Shown in pieces: positions 1-9,318 of a DNA stretch of 64,000 bases (its first letter is position 1; each line of letters starts with the position of its first letter). The stretch is from Kiritimatiellia bacterium. Its GTDB lineage: Bacteria; Verrucomicrobiota; Kiritimatiellia; RFP12; JBMNHG01. The translations under genes and the position numbers were made by a program. The stretch lies in the NCBI GenBank assembly GCA_050950285.1, contig JBMNHG010000002.1:436296-500295 (forward strand). Reading direction: 5' to 3'. Below the pieces are notes generated by a model, which had not been told where the DNA came from, searched no databases, and saw only the letters and a program-made list of their open reading frames with translations.

Positions 1-537
1 GACCGCGGGAGCGACCTTTTTGCAGTGCCAGACCTTCGACCAGAACCACTCGCTCGAATAGGTTCCGCCGCACTTCTCCAGATAGGGGGCGCCGGCCTTC
101 CGGGCGGCGGCGGTAATGGCCTCCGCCTCCGCGAAGGAGGTGTGGTCCTTCCAAAGCCAGGCGTGGGCGGCCGGGTTCTTCGCGAACTTCCGGGTCATCG
201 CAAGCGGCCGGCCCTTGGCGTCCACCGGAATCGGTGTCGAACCGGTGGTGTCCACGCCGATGCCGACGACCTTCCCGGGATCGAACCCCTTGATCTTCTT
301 CGCCTGCTTCACGACGGCTTTCACGCAGGCGAGGAAGCCCTGGATGTAGTCGGCGGGGTTCTGGCGCGCGAGGTTGGGATCCTTGGGGTCGAGGATGATG
401 CCGGCCTCGCCGGCAGGGTACGGGAAGACGTGGGTGGCGAGTTCGGTTCCATCGCGGATGTCCACCAGCAGGGCGCGGCAGCTGTTGGTTCCGTAATCCA
501 CGCCGATGGCGTACAAGGGGGCGGCGGTCTTCTTCAT
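1..537 (-). CDS. araB: Ribulokinase (FGGY carbohydrate kinase), 5' part only; runs off the window edge
   Basis: My translation from ATG at 537 (GGAG upstream): MKKTAAPLYAIGVDYGTNSCRALLVD...LARQNPADY...GIGVDTTGSTPIPVD...WLWKDHT...CGGTYSSEWFWSK. These are AraB-type motifs. Absent from the ORF track because there is no stop in the window. Confidence 0.88.
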   Translation of the reverse strand, partial: MKKTAAPLYAIGVDYGTNSCRALLVDIRDGTELATHVFPYPAGEAGIILDPKDPNLARQNPADYIQGFLACVKAVVKQAKKIKGFDPGKVVGIGVDTTGSTPIPVDAKGRPLAMTRKFAKNPAAHAWLWKDHTSFAEAEAITAAARKAGAPYLEKCGGTYSSEWFWSKVWHCKKVAPAV

Positions 538-601
538 CGTGGCGTACTCCGAAAGGGCGCGGAAACCGGCATTCCTTGCCGTCCGCATCCGTGGTGACAC
601 T

Positions 602-2473
602 TTATCGTTCCCCCGCGTGTTTCGCAAGCCGCAACCGCATGCCGGGAGAGGCCGGCGCGGGGCGGTCCGATTCGAGGGAGGCCGGGAGCCAGCGGGCGAG
701 GTGCCGCAATCCGCAGCGTTCCGCCATCGTTCGCAGCGTCGCGGCGGCAGGAGGGATGAATGCGGCGAAGCGCGGGATGCCCAGCTCGGTGAGGCGTCCG
801 AAGGCGCCCAGGGCCTGGACCAGCCGCTGCACCGCCGCCCACGGGAAGAGGCGGATCGCGTCGCCGCCGCCGCCGGGGAGCGCCCGGGCGTACCGTTCGA
901 GAAGGCGCATGCGCGCCGCGTCGTCGAGGATGGAAACGTACGCGTCGCACAGGAGCGAAGCGAGATCGTAGGCGGCGGGCCCCAGGCGCATTCCCTGGAA
1001 GTCGACGAGAAGGATGCCGCCGTCCGGGCGGCAGAAGACGTTGCTGGACTGCAAATCGCGATGGATGAGCACCTGCGGCGCGGCGGCGAGGCGCGCCGCC
1101 GCCTCCTCCAGCTCGCGGGCGATTTCCGCCGGGAGTCCCGGAAGCCCCAGCCGCCGCCGCACGATGTACTTTGCGAAGAGCTCGTGCTCCCAGCGCATCA
1201 CGGTGAGATCGAGCGGAGGCTCCAGCGTGGTCCCCTCCGCGCGCACGGCGTCGGCTCCGCGCGAATGCATCGTCGCGACGACGGGGAGAAGACGGTCGTA
1301 GGCGGCGAGCGCGGCGGCGGGGCGGCGGGCGGCGAGCGTCTCGAGCGACAGGTCGCCCGCGTCCTCGAGCGCCAGCGCACGCGCTTCGGGCGCCTCTGCC
1401 AGCACGCGCGGCACCGGCACGCCGGCACGTCGCAGGATCGCGGCATGCCCGGCGTAGCGGTCGTTCTCGGCACGCTCCCCGCCGTGGCGGACGTAGACCG
1501 CGGTGGCGCCGTCTTCGGCGAACAGGCGAAGGAACGAGCGGTTCGAGCCGCGCATCCCCCCCAGCGGTTCGAGCCATGTCCCCGGAAGAGACCACCCCAT
1601 CGCGGAAAGGATGGGCGCCAGCGCGGGATCCGGCCAGTCGAAAGCGCGGAATCGCACCCCCTCGCCCCGCCGATCGGGAAGACGGAAGGGATAGTCGGGA
1701 AGGGGCGGAAGCGGAGGGTCCGCCGGAAAAACGGCGCGCCGTTTTTCCGCCTTTCGCAAGCGCGCGAGATCGCGCCGCACCTCCAGCAGGCGTTCCAGCG
1801 TCCCCGCATCGTTCCAGTATCCCGAACGGGTCCGGATGCCGAAGACGGACTCCCCGGCGCGCATGCCGGCCTCGTAGACGGAAATCACCGAAAAGACGTC
1901 CTGGCCGGGAAAGTACCCGAAGATTCGCGGGGAAAGGAGCTGCACGCCGCAAAAGGTGGCGGTGCCGGGGGAACCGGGGGTGGCGGAGCGGAAGGTCGTG
2001 ATGCGCCCTGCGGCGTCCGTCTCGACGGTGCGCGGGCCCCGCCGGCCCGTCAGCCACGCCGCGGCGAGCGGGTCCCGCTTCCGGAAACACGCCGCCAAGG
2101 GGGCAGGATCCAGTTCGGCGACGATGTCCCCGTTGACCATCCAGAAGGGCTCGTCCCCGAAGAAGGACCGGAGCGGGCGGAGGGCGCCACCCGTCCCCAG
2201 GAGAATCGGTTCGAAGGAGAAGGAGATCCGGGCAGGGCCGGGCCAGCGCGAAAGGTAGTCGCGAAGCGGCCCGGACTGCCAATGGAGGTTTACGGCGACC
2301 TCTTCGACGCCCCACGATTCGAGGAGGCGGATGGAACGCGTGACCAGCGCTTCGCCCGGGGCAACCGGCATCAGCGGCTTGGGCACTGCGCCCGTCAAGG
2401 GACGCAATCGCTCGCCCAGGCCGGCCGCCAGCACCAAGGCCTTTCGAGGGGAAGGAAGATTCCGGGAGATCAT
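602..2473 (-). CDS. Fusion of an N-terminal nucleotidyltransferase (MurU-like) and a C-terminal APH-fold sugar kinase (AmgK-like)
   Basis: LVLAAGLGERLRPLTGAVPKPL, NGD and WNDAGT in the N-half; GSNRSFLR, LEDAGDLSL, HRDLQSSN, LVDFQGMRLGPAAYDLASLLCD and QALGAFGRL in the C-half. Confidence 0.82.
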   Translation of the reverse strand: MISRNLPSPRKALVLAAGLGERLRPLTGAVPKPLMPVAPGEALVTRSIRLLESWGVEEVAVNLHWQSGPLRDYLSRWPGPARISFSFEPILLGTGGALRPLRSFFGDEPFWMVNGDIVAELDPAPLAACFRKRDPLAAAWLTGRRGPRTVETDAAGRITTFRSATPGSPGTATFCGVQLLSPRIFGYFPGQDVFSVISVYEAGMRAGESVFGIRTRSGYWNDAGTLERLLEVRRDLARLRKAEKRRAVFPADPPLPPLPDYPFRLPDRRGEGVRFRAFDWPDPALAPILSAMGWSLPGTWLEPLGGMRGSNRSFLRLFAEDGATAVYVRHGGERAENDRYAGHAAILRRAGVPVPRVLAEAPEARALALEDAGDLSLETLAARRPAAALAAYDRLLPVVATMHSRGADAVRAEGTTLEPPLDLTVMRWEHELFAKYIVRRRLGLPGLPAEIARELEEAAARLAAAPQVLIHRDLQSSNVFCRPDGGILLVDFQGMRLGPAAYDLASLLCDAYVSILDDAARMRLLERYARALPGGGGDAIRLFPWAAVQRLVQALGAFGRLTELGIPRFAAFIPPAAATLRTMAERCGLRHLARWLPASLESDRPAPASPGMRLRLAKHAGER

Positions 2474-2491
2474 GCCGCCCTTGCCGGATTC

Positions 2492-3253
2492 CTAGCGCAC
2501 GGCAAAGCCGCGCCCCGCGAGGTAGCGTTTGAGTTCGGGGATGGCGACGAGGTTGAAGTGGAAGACGCTCGCGCCCAGGAGAATCGTGGCGCCGGCCTCC
2601 GCAGCCTCGGCAAAATGCTCCATCGTCCCCGCCCCGCCGGAGGCGACCACGTCGGCCTCCGTGACGGCGCGGATCCGCCGGATGAGCGGGAGATCGAAGC
2701 CCGTTCGCGCCCCGTCCGTCGACTTCGACGTCGGGAGGATGCGGGTCACTCCGTAGCCGTCCACCCGCTTCGCCCATTCCAGGGCGTCCGTCCCCGTGGC
2801 CGTGCGACCGCCATCGATGAAGACTTCGTAGCCTGACGGCATCGCGGGATTCCGGGCGACATCGATCGCGACCGTCACCTTCCCGGCGCCGAACGCACGG
2901 ATCATCTCGCCGATCATGTCCGGATTGCGGAAGACCGACGACGACGTCGATATCGTGTCCGCGCCCGCCTCCAGCACGGCCCCGGCGGCCTGCACCGAAG
3001 CGATACCGCCACCCACGGTGAAGGGGATGGTCTTGACGGCGGCGACCTTCCGGACCACCTCGAGCCGGGGGTCGCGGCTTTCGGCCGTGGCCGCGATGTC
3101 CAGCATCGTGATTTCGTCCGCGCCCGCAGCGCAATAGGCCGCGCAGCATTCGACGGGGTCGCCGGCATCCCGGATGTCCGTGAAATGGACGCCCTTCACA
3201 ACGCGCCCGTCCCTCATGTCGAGGCAGGGCATGATCACCAGCGGTTTCGTCAT
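2492..3253 (-). CDS. hisF: Imidazole glycerol phosphate synthase cyclase subunit
   Basis: IMPCLDMRDGRVVKGV, PFTVGGGI, DGARTGFDL, VASGGAG, ASVFHF. Confidence 0.9.
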   Translation of the reverse strand: MTKPLVIMPCLDMRDGRVVKGVHFTDIRDAGDPVECCAAYCAAGADEITMLDIAATAESRDPRLEVVRKVAAVKTIPFTVGGGIASVQAAGAVLEAGADTISTSSSVFRNPDMIGEMIRAFGAGKVTVAIDVARNPAMPSGYEVFIDGGRTATGTDALEWAKRVDGYGVTRILPTSKSTDGARTGFDLPLIRRIRAVTEADVVASGGAGTMEHFAEAAEAGATILLGASVFHFNLVAIPELKRYLAGRGFAVR

Positions 3254-3301
3254 CGGTGTCTTTCCCTCGTAGGCCGTCGCTCCGGAACGGCGCGCGATGC
3301 G

Positions 3302-4486
3302 TCATGCCTTCGATGCGGCTTCCGCAAGCAGGCGGCCGGCGGAACGGCAGGCCTCCAGCGTCTCCGGCGAAGGCCGGAAGCGGCAGGTCAGCGTCGGCGC
3401 AACGGGGCAGGTGTTCATCTGCGCGAGACTGGCGGCGGCCTCTTCGGCGCCCTTCGACGCCCATCCGTAGGAACCGAACGCGAAGGATGCCTTGCCGTTC
3501 AAAAGCTTCAGCCCGCGCAGATAGGCCAGCGCAGAGGCCATGCGCGGCATGAGGCCCATGTTGAGCGTGGGAGTGCCGATCGCGATCGACGCGCAGTCCA
3601 GGGCCTCCGTCGCCACGCGTGTGTCGTTTGCGGTGGCAAGGTCCAGCACGGCGACGTCCACCCCCGCTTTTTCGCGCGCGCCGGCAGCGACCGCCGCAGC
3701 CATCTCCCCGGTGCCGTGCCACATCGTCCGGTAGAGGACCAGCACCTTTTTCGCCGGCTTGAGGGAGGCCCAGTCCCGATAGGCCCCGAGGATTTTGTCG
3801 AAATGGCTCCGCCAGACGACGCCATGGCTCGGGCAGACGATGCCAAGTTCCAGCTTCCCCAGTTTCGCGAGGGCGGCCCGGACGGGGGCGCCATAGGGGG
3901 CGACGATGTTCGCGTAGTACATCTTCGCCTCCTGCATCACCTCCGCAAGATCCGCGGCGTCGTCGAACCGCTCGTCCGTCGCGTAATGCTGCCCGAAGGC
4001 ATCCATGGAAAACAGCGTGCCGCTCTCCTGGATGCAGGTGACCATCGATTCGGGCCAATGGACCATCGGAGTGTTGAAGAACTGGAGCGTCTGGCCGCCC
4101 AGCGGAAGGGTCGCGCCGTCGTCCACGACATGGAAGCGCCACGAGGCGGTGTCGTAGTGGAGGCCGAGGGCTTCCTTGCACTTCGCGTTGCAGACCAGCG
4201 TGGCGTTCGGGAAGGAGCGCATCGCGGCGGGCAGCGATCCGGAGTGGTCCGGCTCCGCATGGTTGCACACCACGAAATCAACCTTCTCCGGCGGAACCAG
4301 CTCGGTGATCTTCGCGATCCATTCCGAGGCAAACGCATCCTTGACCGCATCGATGGCCGCGATTTTCTCCCCTTTCACGAGATAGGCGTTGTATGTGGAG
4401 CCGCGTTCCGTGTGATATCCGTGGAAATCACGGACGTCCCAATCGATGCAACCAACCCAGAACACCCCTTCCGTCACCTTCAACAT
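3302..4486 (-). CDS. fprA: Flavodiiron protein (metallo-beta-lactamase + flavodoxin), FprA family
   Basis: Start reassigned to ATG 4486 (AAGGAG upstream). RDFHGY..RGSTYNAYL, NHAEPDHSG, HWPESM, SMDAFGQH, PSHG; C-terminal flavodoxin GTPT...FGSYGW. Confidence 0.92.
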   Translation of the reverse strand: MLKVTEGVFWVGCIDWDVRDFHGYHTERGSTYNAYLVKGEKIAAIDAVKDAFASEWIAKITELVPPEKVDFVVCNHAEPDHSGSLPAAMRSFPNATLVCNAKCKEALGLHYDTASWRFHVVDDGATLPLGGQTLQFFNTPMVHWPESMVTCIQESGTLFSMDAFGQHYATDERFDDAADLAEVMQEAKMYYANIVAPYGAPVRAALAKLGKLELGIVCPSHGVVWRSHFDKILGAYRDWASLKPAKKVLVLYRTMWHGTGEMAAAVAAGAREKAGVDVAVLDLATANDTRVATEALDCASIAIGTPTLNMGLMPRMASALAYLRGLKLLNGKASFAFGSYGWASKGAEEAAASLAQMNTCPVAPTLTCRFRPSPETLEACRSAGRLLAEAASKA

Positions 4487-4577
4487 CCTGTCGTCTCCTT
4501 GCTTCCTGTCATCCCGATCGTCCTGAAAAACGGCCGGTCCCTGTTTTTGCCACCGGGCTACCGCTTGAAAAGCTCCG

Positions 4578-4606
4578 ACTATAAAGCCTTGGAACGGGTT
4601 TTTCAA
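4578..4606 (-). promoter_or_regulatory. Putative sigma70 promoter for fprA
   Basis: Minus strand TTGAAA-N17-TATAGT, about 90 nt upstream of the fprA start. Confidence 0.6.
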
Positions 4607-4762
4607 CCCCCATTTCGCACCCTGCCGGCAGTTACGGCGATCCCGTCCGTTTCGGCGCACTGCGGACGAGCGGACGCTCGTTGCTCCCACCCATTCCCAT
4701 ATCATGCTCCGTGTCCTTCCCGCACCCACCATCCTCTTGCTTTTGGACATATCCAGAGACGC

Positions 4763-4810
4763 TTGCAAAACCCTTGCCCCTCTGGGGACCGCCGTCCCCG
4801 GCGGGCCGGG
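4763..4810 (-). repeat. REP-like palindromic repeat (core GGGGAC-GGCG-GTCCCC), reverse-orientation copy
   Basis: Reverse complement matches 37388-37431 over about 45 bp; the core also occurs at 32533-32558 and 32700-32723. Confidence 0.8.
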
Positions 4811-4823
4811 TGGCAGGAAGGGG

Positions 4824-5315
4824 TCAGGCATCCTGGCCTGCGTCGACCGGCGTGGCGGAAAGAAGGGTTCGCAAGGCGGCGGGGGCGATTTTCACGAAGA
4901 GCCCGCGTTGTCCGCCGTTGATGCAGATCCAGTCGAGGTCGAAAATCGTGGACTGCGCATAGACCGGCACGTCCGGGCGGCGGAATCCGAAGGGCGACGT
5001 GCCGCCGCAGTGGTAGCCGCTGTGCCGTTCGGCCTCGGCGCGTTCGCAGAGTTCGATGGATTTCTCGCCCAGCGCACGGGCGAGCTTCTTCGTGGAAATC
5101 TCCTGGTCGCCATGCTGCAACATGACCAGGGGGCGTCCCGCCGTATTCTTCAGCACGATGGTCTTGACGATCCGGTGCTCGTCGATTCCCAGGACGGCGG
5201 CGGCCTGGGCGGTTCCGCCCCGATCCTCGTAGTCGTAGCGATGCACCTCGAACTCCGCCTTCTTCCGGCGAAGAAAGCGGATTGCGGCCGTCATGGGGAC
5301 GTCCCCTGGTTTCAT
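4824..5315 (-). CDS. ybaK: Aminoacyl-tRNA deacylase, YbaK/EbsC family
   Basis: IVKTIV, ISTKKLA, GYHCGGTSPFG, INGGQRG. Confidence 0.88.
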   Translation of the reverse strand: MKPGDVPMTAAIRFLRRKKAEFEVHRYDYEDRGGTAQAAAVLGIDEHRIVKTIVLKNTAGRPLVMLQHGDQEISTKKLARALGEKSIELCERAEAERHSGYHCGGTSPFGFRRPDVPVYAQSTIFDLDWICINGGQRGLFVKIAPAALRTLLSATPVDAGQDA

Positions 5316-5333
5316 GGGTTCGGAGGCCTCCGG

Positions 5334-7259
5334 CTATTTCATCCGGTAGATGCCGGGCGGGACGTCGTGGAAGGCCTTGTCCTTCGCGCGCTTCACGATC
5401 GATCCGTCGGTGGTTTCCGTGAGGGTGGACACCTTGTCCCACGGCGCGGGGAGCGTGAACTTCGGATAGAGCTTCGAGTCGTTGCAGCCTTGGAGGCGCG
5501 GCACCACGAGCAGATTCTGCGATTCGAGGATGCCCAGATCGCCGGGGAGCGGAGTGAACGCGCGTTCGCCGCCGAACTCCTCGAGCAGCTCCAGCATCGC
5601 GCGATTCTTCGCGGCATGGCCGGGGGCTTCCTTCTCGTCGAGGCAGGTGACATACCCGCAGGCGGCGGAGTAACACGCGCCCTGGTCGAGGACGATCCGC
5701 TTGTCGGTCCACCGGTTCAGCGAGAGCATGAAATCGCGCGGGCCCAGTCCGTCGATGGCGCGCACGGGATTGAAGCCCATCGTGATGAGGTTCACGGGGG
5801 CCTCGAGGGTGGTGCCTTCGCCGAAGAGGAGACCTTCGGGATCACATTCCTTGACGCAATTGTAGACCTCGGTAATGAACTTCACGGCCATGCGGTTCGT
5901 GTCGCCCGGGAAGCGCATGAAGTCGCGCTTGCGGAAGTCGGGCGGGAAGGCCCAGCCGAGGCAGTCGAGGAAGAAGCCCTTGGCGCCGCATTCTTTCATG
6001 TAGAAGCGAATCCACTTCTTCGTGTACTCGATGTAGCCGGGGTGGCCGGGGTTGCAGTGCGCCATGCCGCCGTCGACGCTGCCCCAGGAGGCGCAGACGC
6101 GGCCATCGATTCCGCGGATGAACCAGTCGTCGTCGATGTCGATGCCGCCTTGCGGGAGCAGGCCGGAGTACGACATCCAGATGAGAAGCGGCACGCCCTT
6201 GTCCGTGATGCGGCGGCACATGCTCCGGAACTCGCCGATGGATCCGTGGTTGGGATCGGGCTCGTAGCCCATGGGCGTGGTGCCGGAGTGGAGCGGCCGG
6301 TTGGTGACGAGGCAATAGCTGATGCCATTGCACCCCTTCCGGGCGAGGACGCGCTCCCACTCGTCGGCCTGTTCGGTCCACGACGGTTTGTTCGTCCAGG
6401 CGAGGCCATGGGCCCAGAGGGTCTTGTAGACCCATTCGGGCGTCTTCTCGTAGTAGAAGGTAATGTAGTCGGCCATGAAGCGCATCATCGAATCATGGTC
6501 CTTGCCGTAGTAGAGCTTCACCTCGGGCAGCTGGAGCGCCTCGCCGATGCCGAAGGGGGCATGGAGCGTGAAGTCGTAGCCCACGCCGCGGCCTGCGTCC
6601 CGGATGTTGAGGATGTAGCCCACGTGCGGGCGGCGGCAGGTGATGGCGAGCCAGTGGCCCGTCTTCGCGTTGTAGAAGACGCCGCCGTGGATGCCCATGA
6701 CGCCGGGGTAGATGCGGCGCCAGACGTTCCGCATGAATTTCTTGCACTGCTCGGGCGTGTCGTTCTCGTAGCCCACGTGGCCGAACTCGTCGGTAGGCCC
6801 GCTCGAATGCAGCGAGGGGAAGATCATGCGGGTGTCGTCGCCCCAGAACGACCAGTTCCAGTTCAGGAGAGAGAAGGTGTCCACGTAGAGGGGCGCCTCG
6901 ACCACGGGGCCGCCGGGGCCGGGACACGGCAGATCGTCCATGTCCGCCAATTCGCGCCGGATGAGGTAGTGGACGCCGAACGACGGGAATTTCGCGTTGT
7001 CCCGCGGGCCCATGTCGCGGTTCACCACGAGCCCCCAGCCGGAGAAGTGGTTGACGAAGTGCTCGCCCTTCATGCGGACGAGCGCGCTGCTGTTGCCGAG
7101 CGACTGGCCCTTGTCCAGGCGCGTCTTCAGCGGCACGCCGTTGACGTAGAGTTCCGCGTTGCTCGGCCGCTTCGAGTCGAGGAGTTCGACACCGTAGAGT
7201 TTGACGGAGCAGACCTGGCCGGTCTTCTCGTCCACGGAGACGGCGAAATCCTTGCGCAT
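5334..7259 (-). CDS. Putative glycoside hydrolase-like protein (beta-sandwich + TIM barrel), family unresolved
   Basis: 641 aa with strong coding bias; YEPDPNHGSIGEFRSMCRRITDKGVPLLIWM, CNPGHPGYIEY and GFFLDCLGW resemble GH13/GH36-clan barrel segments; no signal peptide seen. Confidence 0.55.
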   Translation of the reverse strand: MRKDFAVSVDEKTGQVCSVKLYGVELLDSKRPSNAELYVNGVPLKTRLDKGQSLGNSSALVRMKGEHFVNHFSGWGLVVNRDMGPRDNAKFPSFGVHYLIRRELADMDDLPCPGPGGPVVEAPLYVDTFSLLNWNWSFWGDDTRMIFPSLHSSGPTDEFGHVGYENDTPEQCKKFMRNVWRRIYPGVMGIHGGVFYNAKTGHWLAITCRRPHVGYILNIRDAGRGVGYDFTLHAPFGIGEALQLPEVKLYYGKDHDSMMRFMADYITFYYEKTPEWVYKTLWAHGLAWTNKPSWTEQADEWERVLARKGCNGISYCLVTNRPLHSGTTPMGYEPDPNHGSIGEFRSMCRRITDKGVPLLIWMSYSGLLPQGGIDIDDDWFIRGIDGRVCASWGSVDGGMAHCNPGHPGYIEYTKKWIRFYMKECGAKGFFLDCLGWAFPPDFRKRDFMRFPGDTNRMAVKFITEVYNCVKECDPEGLLFGEGTTLEAPVNLITMGFNPVRAIDGLGPRDFMLSLNRWTDKRIVLDQGACYSAACGYVTCLDEKEAPGHAAKNRAMLELLEEFGGERAFTPLPGDLGILESQNLLVVPRLQGCNDSKLYPKFTLPAPWDKVSTLTETTDGSIVKRAKDKAFHDVPPGIYRMK

Positions 7260-7292
7260 GGCAAAGTCCTTTGCGTATCGGTTGGTCGTGGG

Positions 7293-7517
7293 TCAGTCGT
7301 TCACGGGTTCGACGGTGATTTCGGAATCCACGTCGGCCCGGAGCGTGTATTCGATATAGTTCTTGATGGTCGCCTGCGCATGGGGGCAGCCACGGCAGGC
7401 GCCCTGCAAGCGGAGGCGCACCACCTTGCCGGCGATTTCGACGAGTTCGAGATCGCCGCCATGGCTCTGCAACCCGGTACGAAGCTGTTCCAATGCAACC
7501 TTGATCTTGTCTTCCAT
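7293..7517 (-). CDS. NifU/Nfu C-terminal domain Fe-S cluster carrier
   Basis: LQSHGGDLELV...LRLQGACRGCP (CxxC); start MEDKIK chosen. Confidence 0.9.
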   Translation of the reverse strand: MEDKIKVALEQLRTGLQSHGGDLELVEIAGKVVRLRLQGACRGCPHAQATIKNYIEYTLRADVDSEITVEPVND

Positions 7518-7651
7518 GATGGGAATCCTGTCCATTCAAAAACGCGCCCTGCGGCGCGGGGAGAGAAAAACAGCGCGATACGTCGCTTGGGGCGAAGACG
7601 CCGTGGGGAAAAAGACGACGGCGGATGCGGGGGCATGCCCCGGCGCACGGG

Positions 7652-7873
7652 CTACACCTTGTGCCGGTAGACGATCCGGCCCTTCGTGAGATCGTAGGGC
7701 GAGATTTCCACCGACACCCGGTCGCCAGTGGAGATCTTGATGAAGAACTTGCGCATCTTGCCCGAAATGTGGGCGAGAATCTCGTGGCCGTTCTCGAGGC
7801 GCACGCGGTACATCGTGGCGGGCAGCACCTTGACGACGGTGCCGATAACTTCAATGGAATCTTCGCTAGGCAT
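7652..7873 (-). CDS. infA: Translation initiation factor IF-1
   Basis: [12 protein letters not shown]...[17 protein letters not shown]...[21 protein letters not shown]. Confidence 0.97.
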   Translation of the reverse strand: MPSEDSIEVIGTVVKVLPATMYRVRLENGHEILAHISGKMRKFFIKISTGDRVSVEISPYDLTKGRIVYRHKV

Positions 7874-7929
7874 GATTTGTCAAATATAGTACAAAATGCC
7901 TCCATGCCGCAATGAGAAAGTGTGTTTCC

Positions 7930-8742
7930 ATGCCCGCCGCCTATCCTCCACTGCCGTCTCTCCCTCCGCGCACCCGCCGTGCATGGCGTCTCGGGTCGAC
8001 CTCGTACGTCCATCCCGACGACATTCTTCCCAATGCGGAAAGCCTCGCCGGGCAGGTCGAGGACATCGAACTGGTGCTCTTCGAATCCCCCGAATCCGCC
8101 AACCTCCCCTCCCCTGCCGTCGTGGAGCGTCTCGCCGAACTCGGCCACGCGCACGGCATGACCTACTCCATCCATCTGCCCATCGATCGCGACCTCGGCG
8201 ATCCCGACCCCGCCGTGCGCCGCGCCTTCACCCGGCAGGCACTCCGCATCCTCGACCTCCTCGCACCCCTTCCCGCCCCCGTCGTGATCCTGCACCTGCA
8301 AGGCATCGAGCCGGACGACACCCCCGCCCGCGTCCGCCAATGGCAGGACGACGTCTCCGTCGAAATCGAACGCCTCCTCGCCGCAGGCGTCGACCCCCGC
8401 CGCCTGTGCGTCGAGAACCTCCGAAACCCCTTCGAATGGAACGGGCCCGTCGTGGAGCGATTCGATCTCTCCGTGTGCGTGGACGTCGGCCACCTCTGGC
8501 TCCAGAATCGCGATGCCGTCGCCCACCTGCGGCGCTACCTCCCCCGCGTCCGCGCCGTCCACCTGCACGGCGAACGCGACGGCAAGGACCACCTCTCCCT
8601 CGCGCAGTGCGATCCCGTGCGCCTCCGCGCCTTCGTCCGGGCCCTCGACGCCTGCGCCTACGACGGCCTCGTCTCGCTGGAGGTCTTCTCCTTCGACGAC
8701 ACCGCAACCTCCATCGACCGCCTGAAAGGGCTTCTCCCATGA
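7930..8742 (+). CDS. cbiR: AP-endonuclease-2/xylose-isomerase-like TIM barrel, probable cobamide-remodelling phosphodiesterase
   Basis: RLGSTSYV, DIELVLFES, SIHLP, CVEN, CVDVGHL, VHLHG, DHLSL, LEVF metal-binding motifs; ATGA-coupled to cobU. Start could also be 7912. Confidence 0.72.
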   Translation: MPAAYPPLPSLPPRTRRAWRLGSTSYVHPDDILPNAESLAGQVEDIELVLFESPESANLPSPAVVERLAELGHAHGMTYSIHLPIDRDLGDPDPAVRRAFTRQALRILDLLAPLPAPVVILHLQGIEPDDTPARVRQWQDDVSVEIERLLAAGVDPRRLCVENLRNPFEWNGPVVERFDLSVCVDVGHLWLQNRDAVAHLRRYLPRVRAVHLHGERDGKDHLSLAQCDPVRLRAFVRALDACAYDGLVSLEVFSFDDTATSIDRLKGLLP

Positions 8743-9266
8743 CCCGTCCAACCGTCACCTTCGTCTTCGGCGGCGCCCGTAGCGGCAAGAGTTCCTTCGC
8801 CGAACAACTCGCCGTCGAACGCTTCCGGCATCCGCTCTATCTCGCCACCGCCCAGCCCGTCGATGCCGAGATGGGCGACCGTATCGCGCGGCACCGCGCC
8901 CGGCGCGGCGACGCCTGGGGCTGTCGCGAGGAGCCGCTCGACCTCGCCCATGCCCTCGCAACCGGCGACCCCGCATGCGACGGCGTGCTGCTCGAATGCC
9001 TTGGCACCTGGCTGGGCAACGTGCTCCACCACGAAGGCGAAGCGGCCTGGCCCGCCCGTCGCGACGCCCTCCTCGCCGCCCTGCGCGCCCCCGCGCGAAG
9101 CGTGGTGCTCGTCGGAAACGAGACGGGCATGGGGATCGTCCCCGCCACGCCGCTGGGCCGCCGGTTCCGCGATCTGAACGGATGGCTGAACCAGGCGGTC
9201 GCCGCCCTCGCGGACGAAGTGGTCTTCCTCGCCGCAGGCCTCCCTCTCTGGCTCAAACGCCCGTAG
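8739..9266 (+). CDS. cobU: Bifunctional adenosylcobinamide kinase / adenosylcobinamide-phosphate guanylyltransferase
   Basis: GGARSGKS P-loop, YLATA, RIARHR, NETGMGIVP, RFRDLNG, AGLPL. Confidence 0.93.
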   Translation: MTRPTVTFVFGGARSGKSSFAEQLAVERFRHPLYLATAQPVDAEMGDRIARHRARRGDAWGCREEPLDLAHALATGDPACDGVLLECLGTWLGNVLHHEGEAAWPARRDALLAALRAPARSVVLVGNETGMGIVPATPLGRRFRDLNGWLNQAVAALADEVVFLAAGLPLWLKRP

Positions 9267-9318
9267 CGCCCGCCCGCCCGCCCCTCCCTCACATCCATTC
9301 CCGACAGGAAACCCCGCC

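Noticed and set aside
2492..3253. hisF without hisH as a novel paralogue
   Set aside because: Motifs are canonical and scattered his genes are common; nothing here shows a different function.
534..4268. 1244-aa minus-strand ORF and 776-aa plus-strand ORF (506-2836)
   Set aside because: Arg/Pro/Gly-rich shadow frames over recognisable genes; expected in very GC-rich DNA.
7874..7930. Cobalamin riboswitch before cbiR-cobU (and TPP riboswitch before thiD)
   Set aside because: The intergenic regions are too short and lack the conserved cores.
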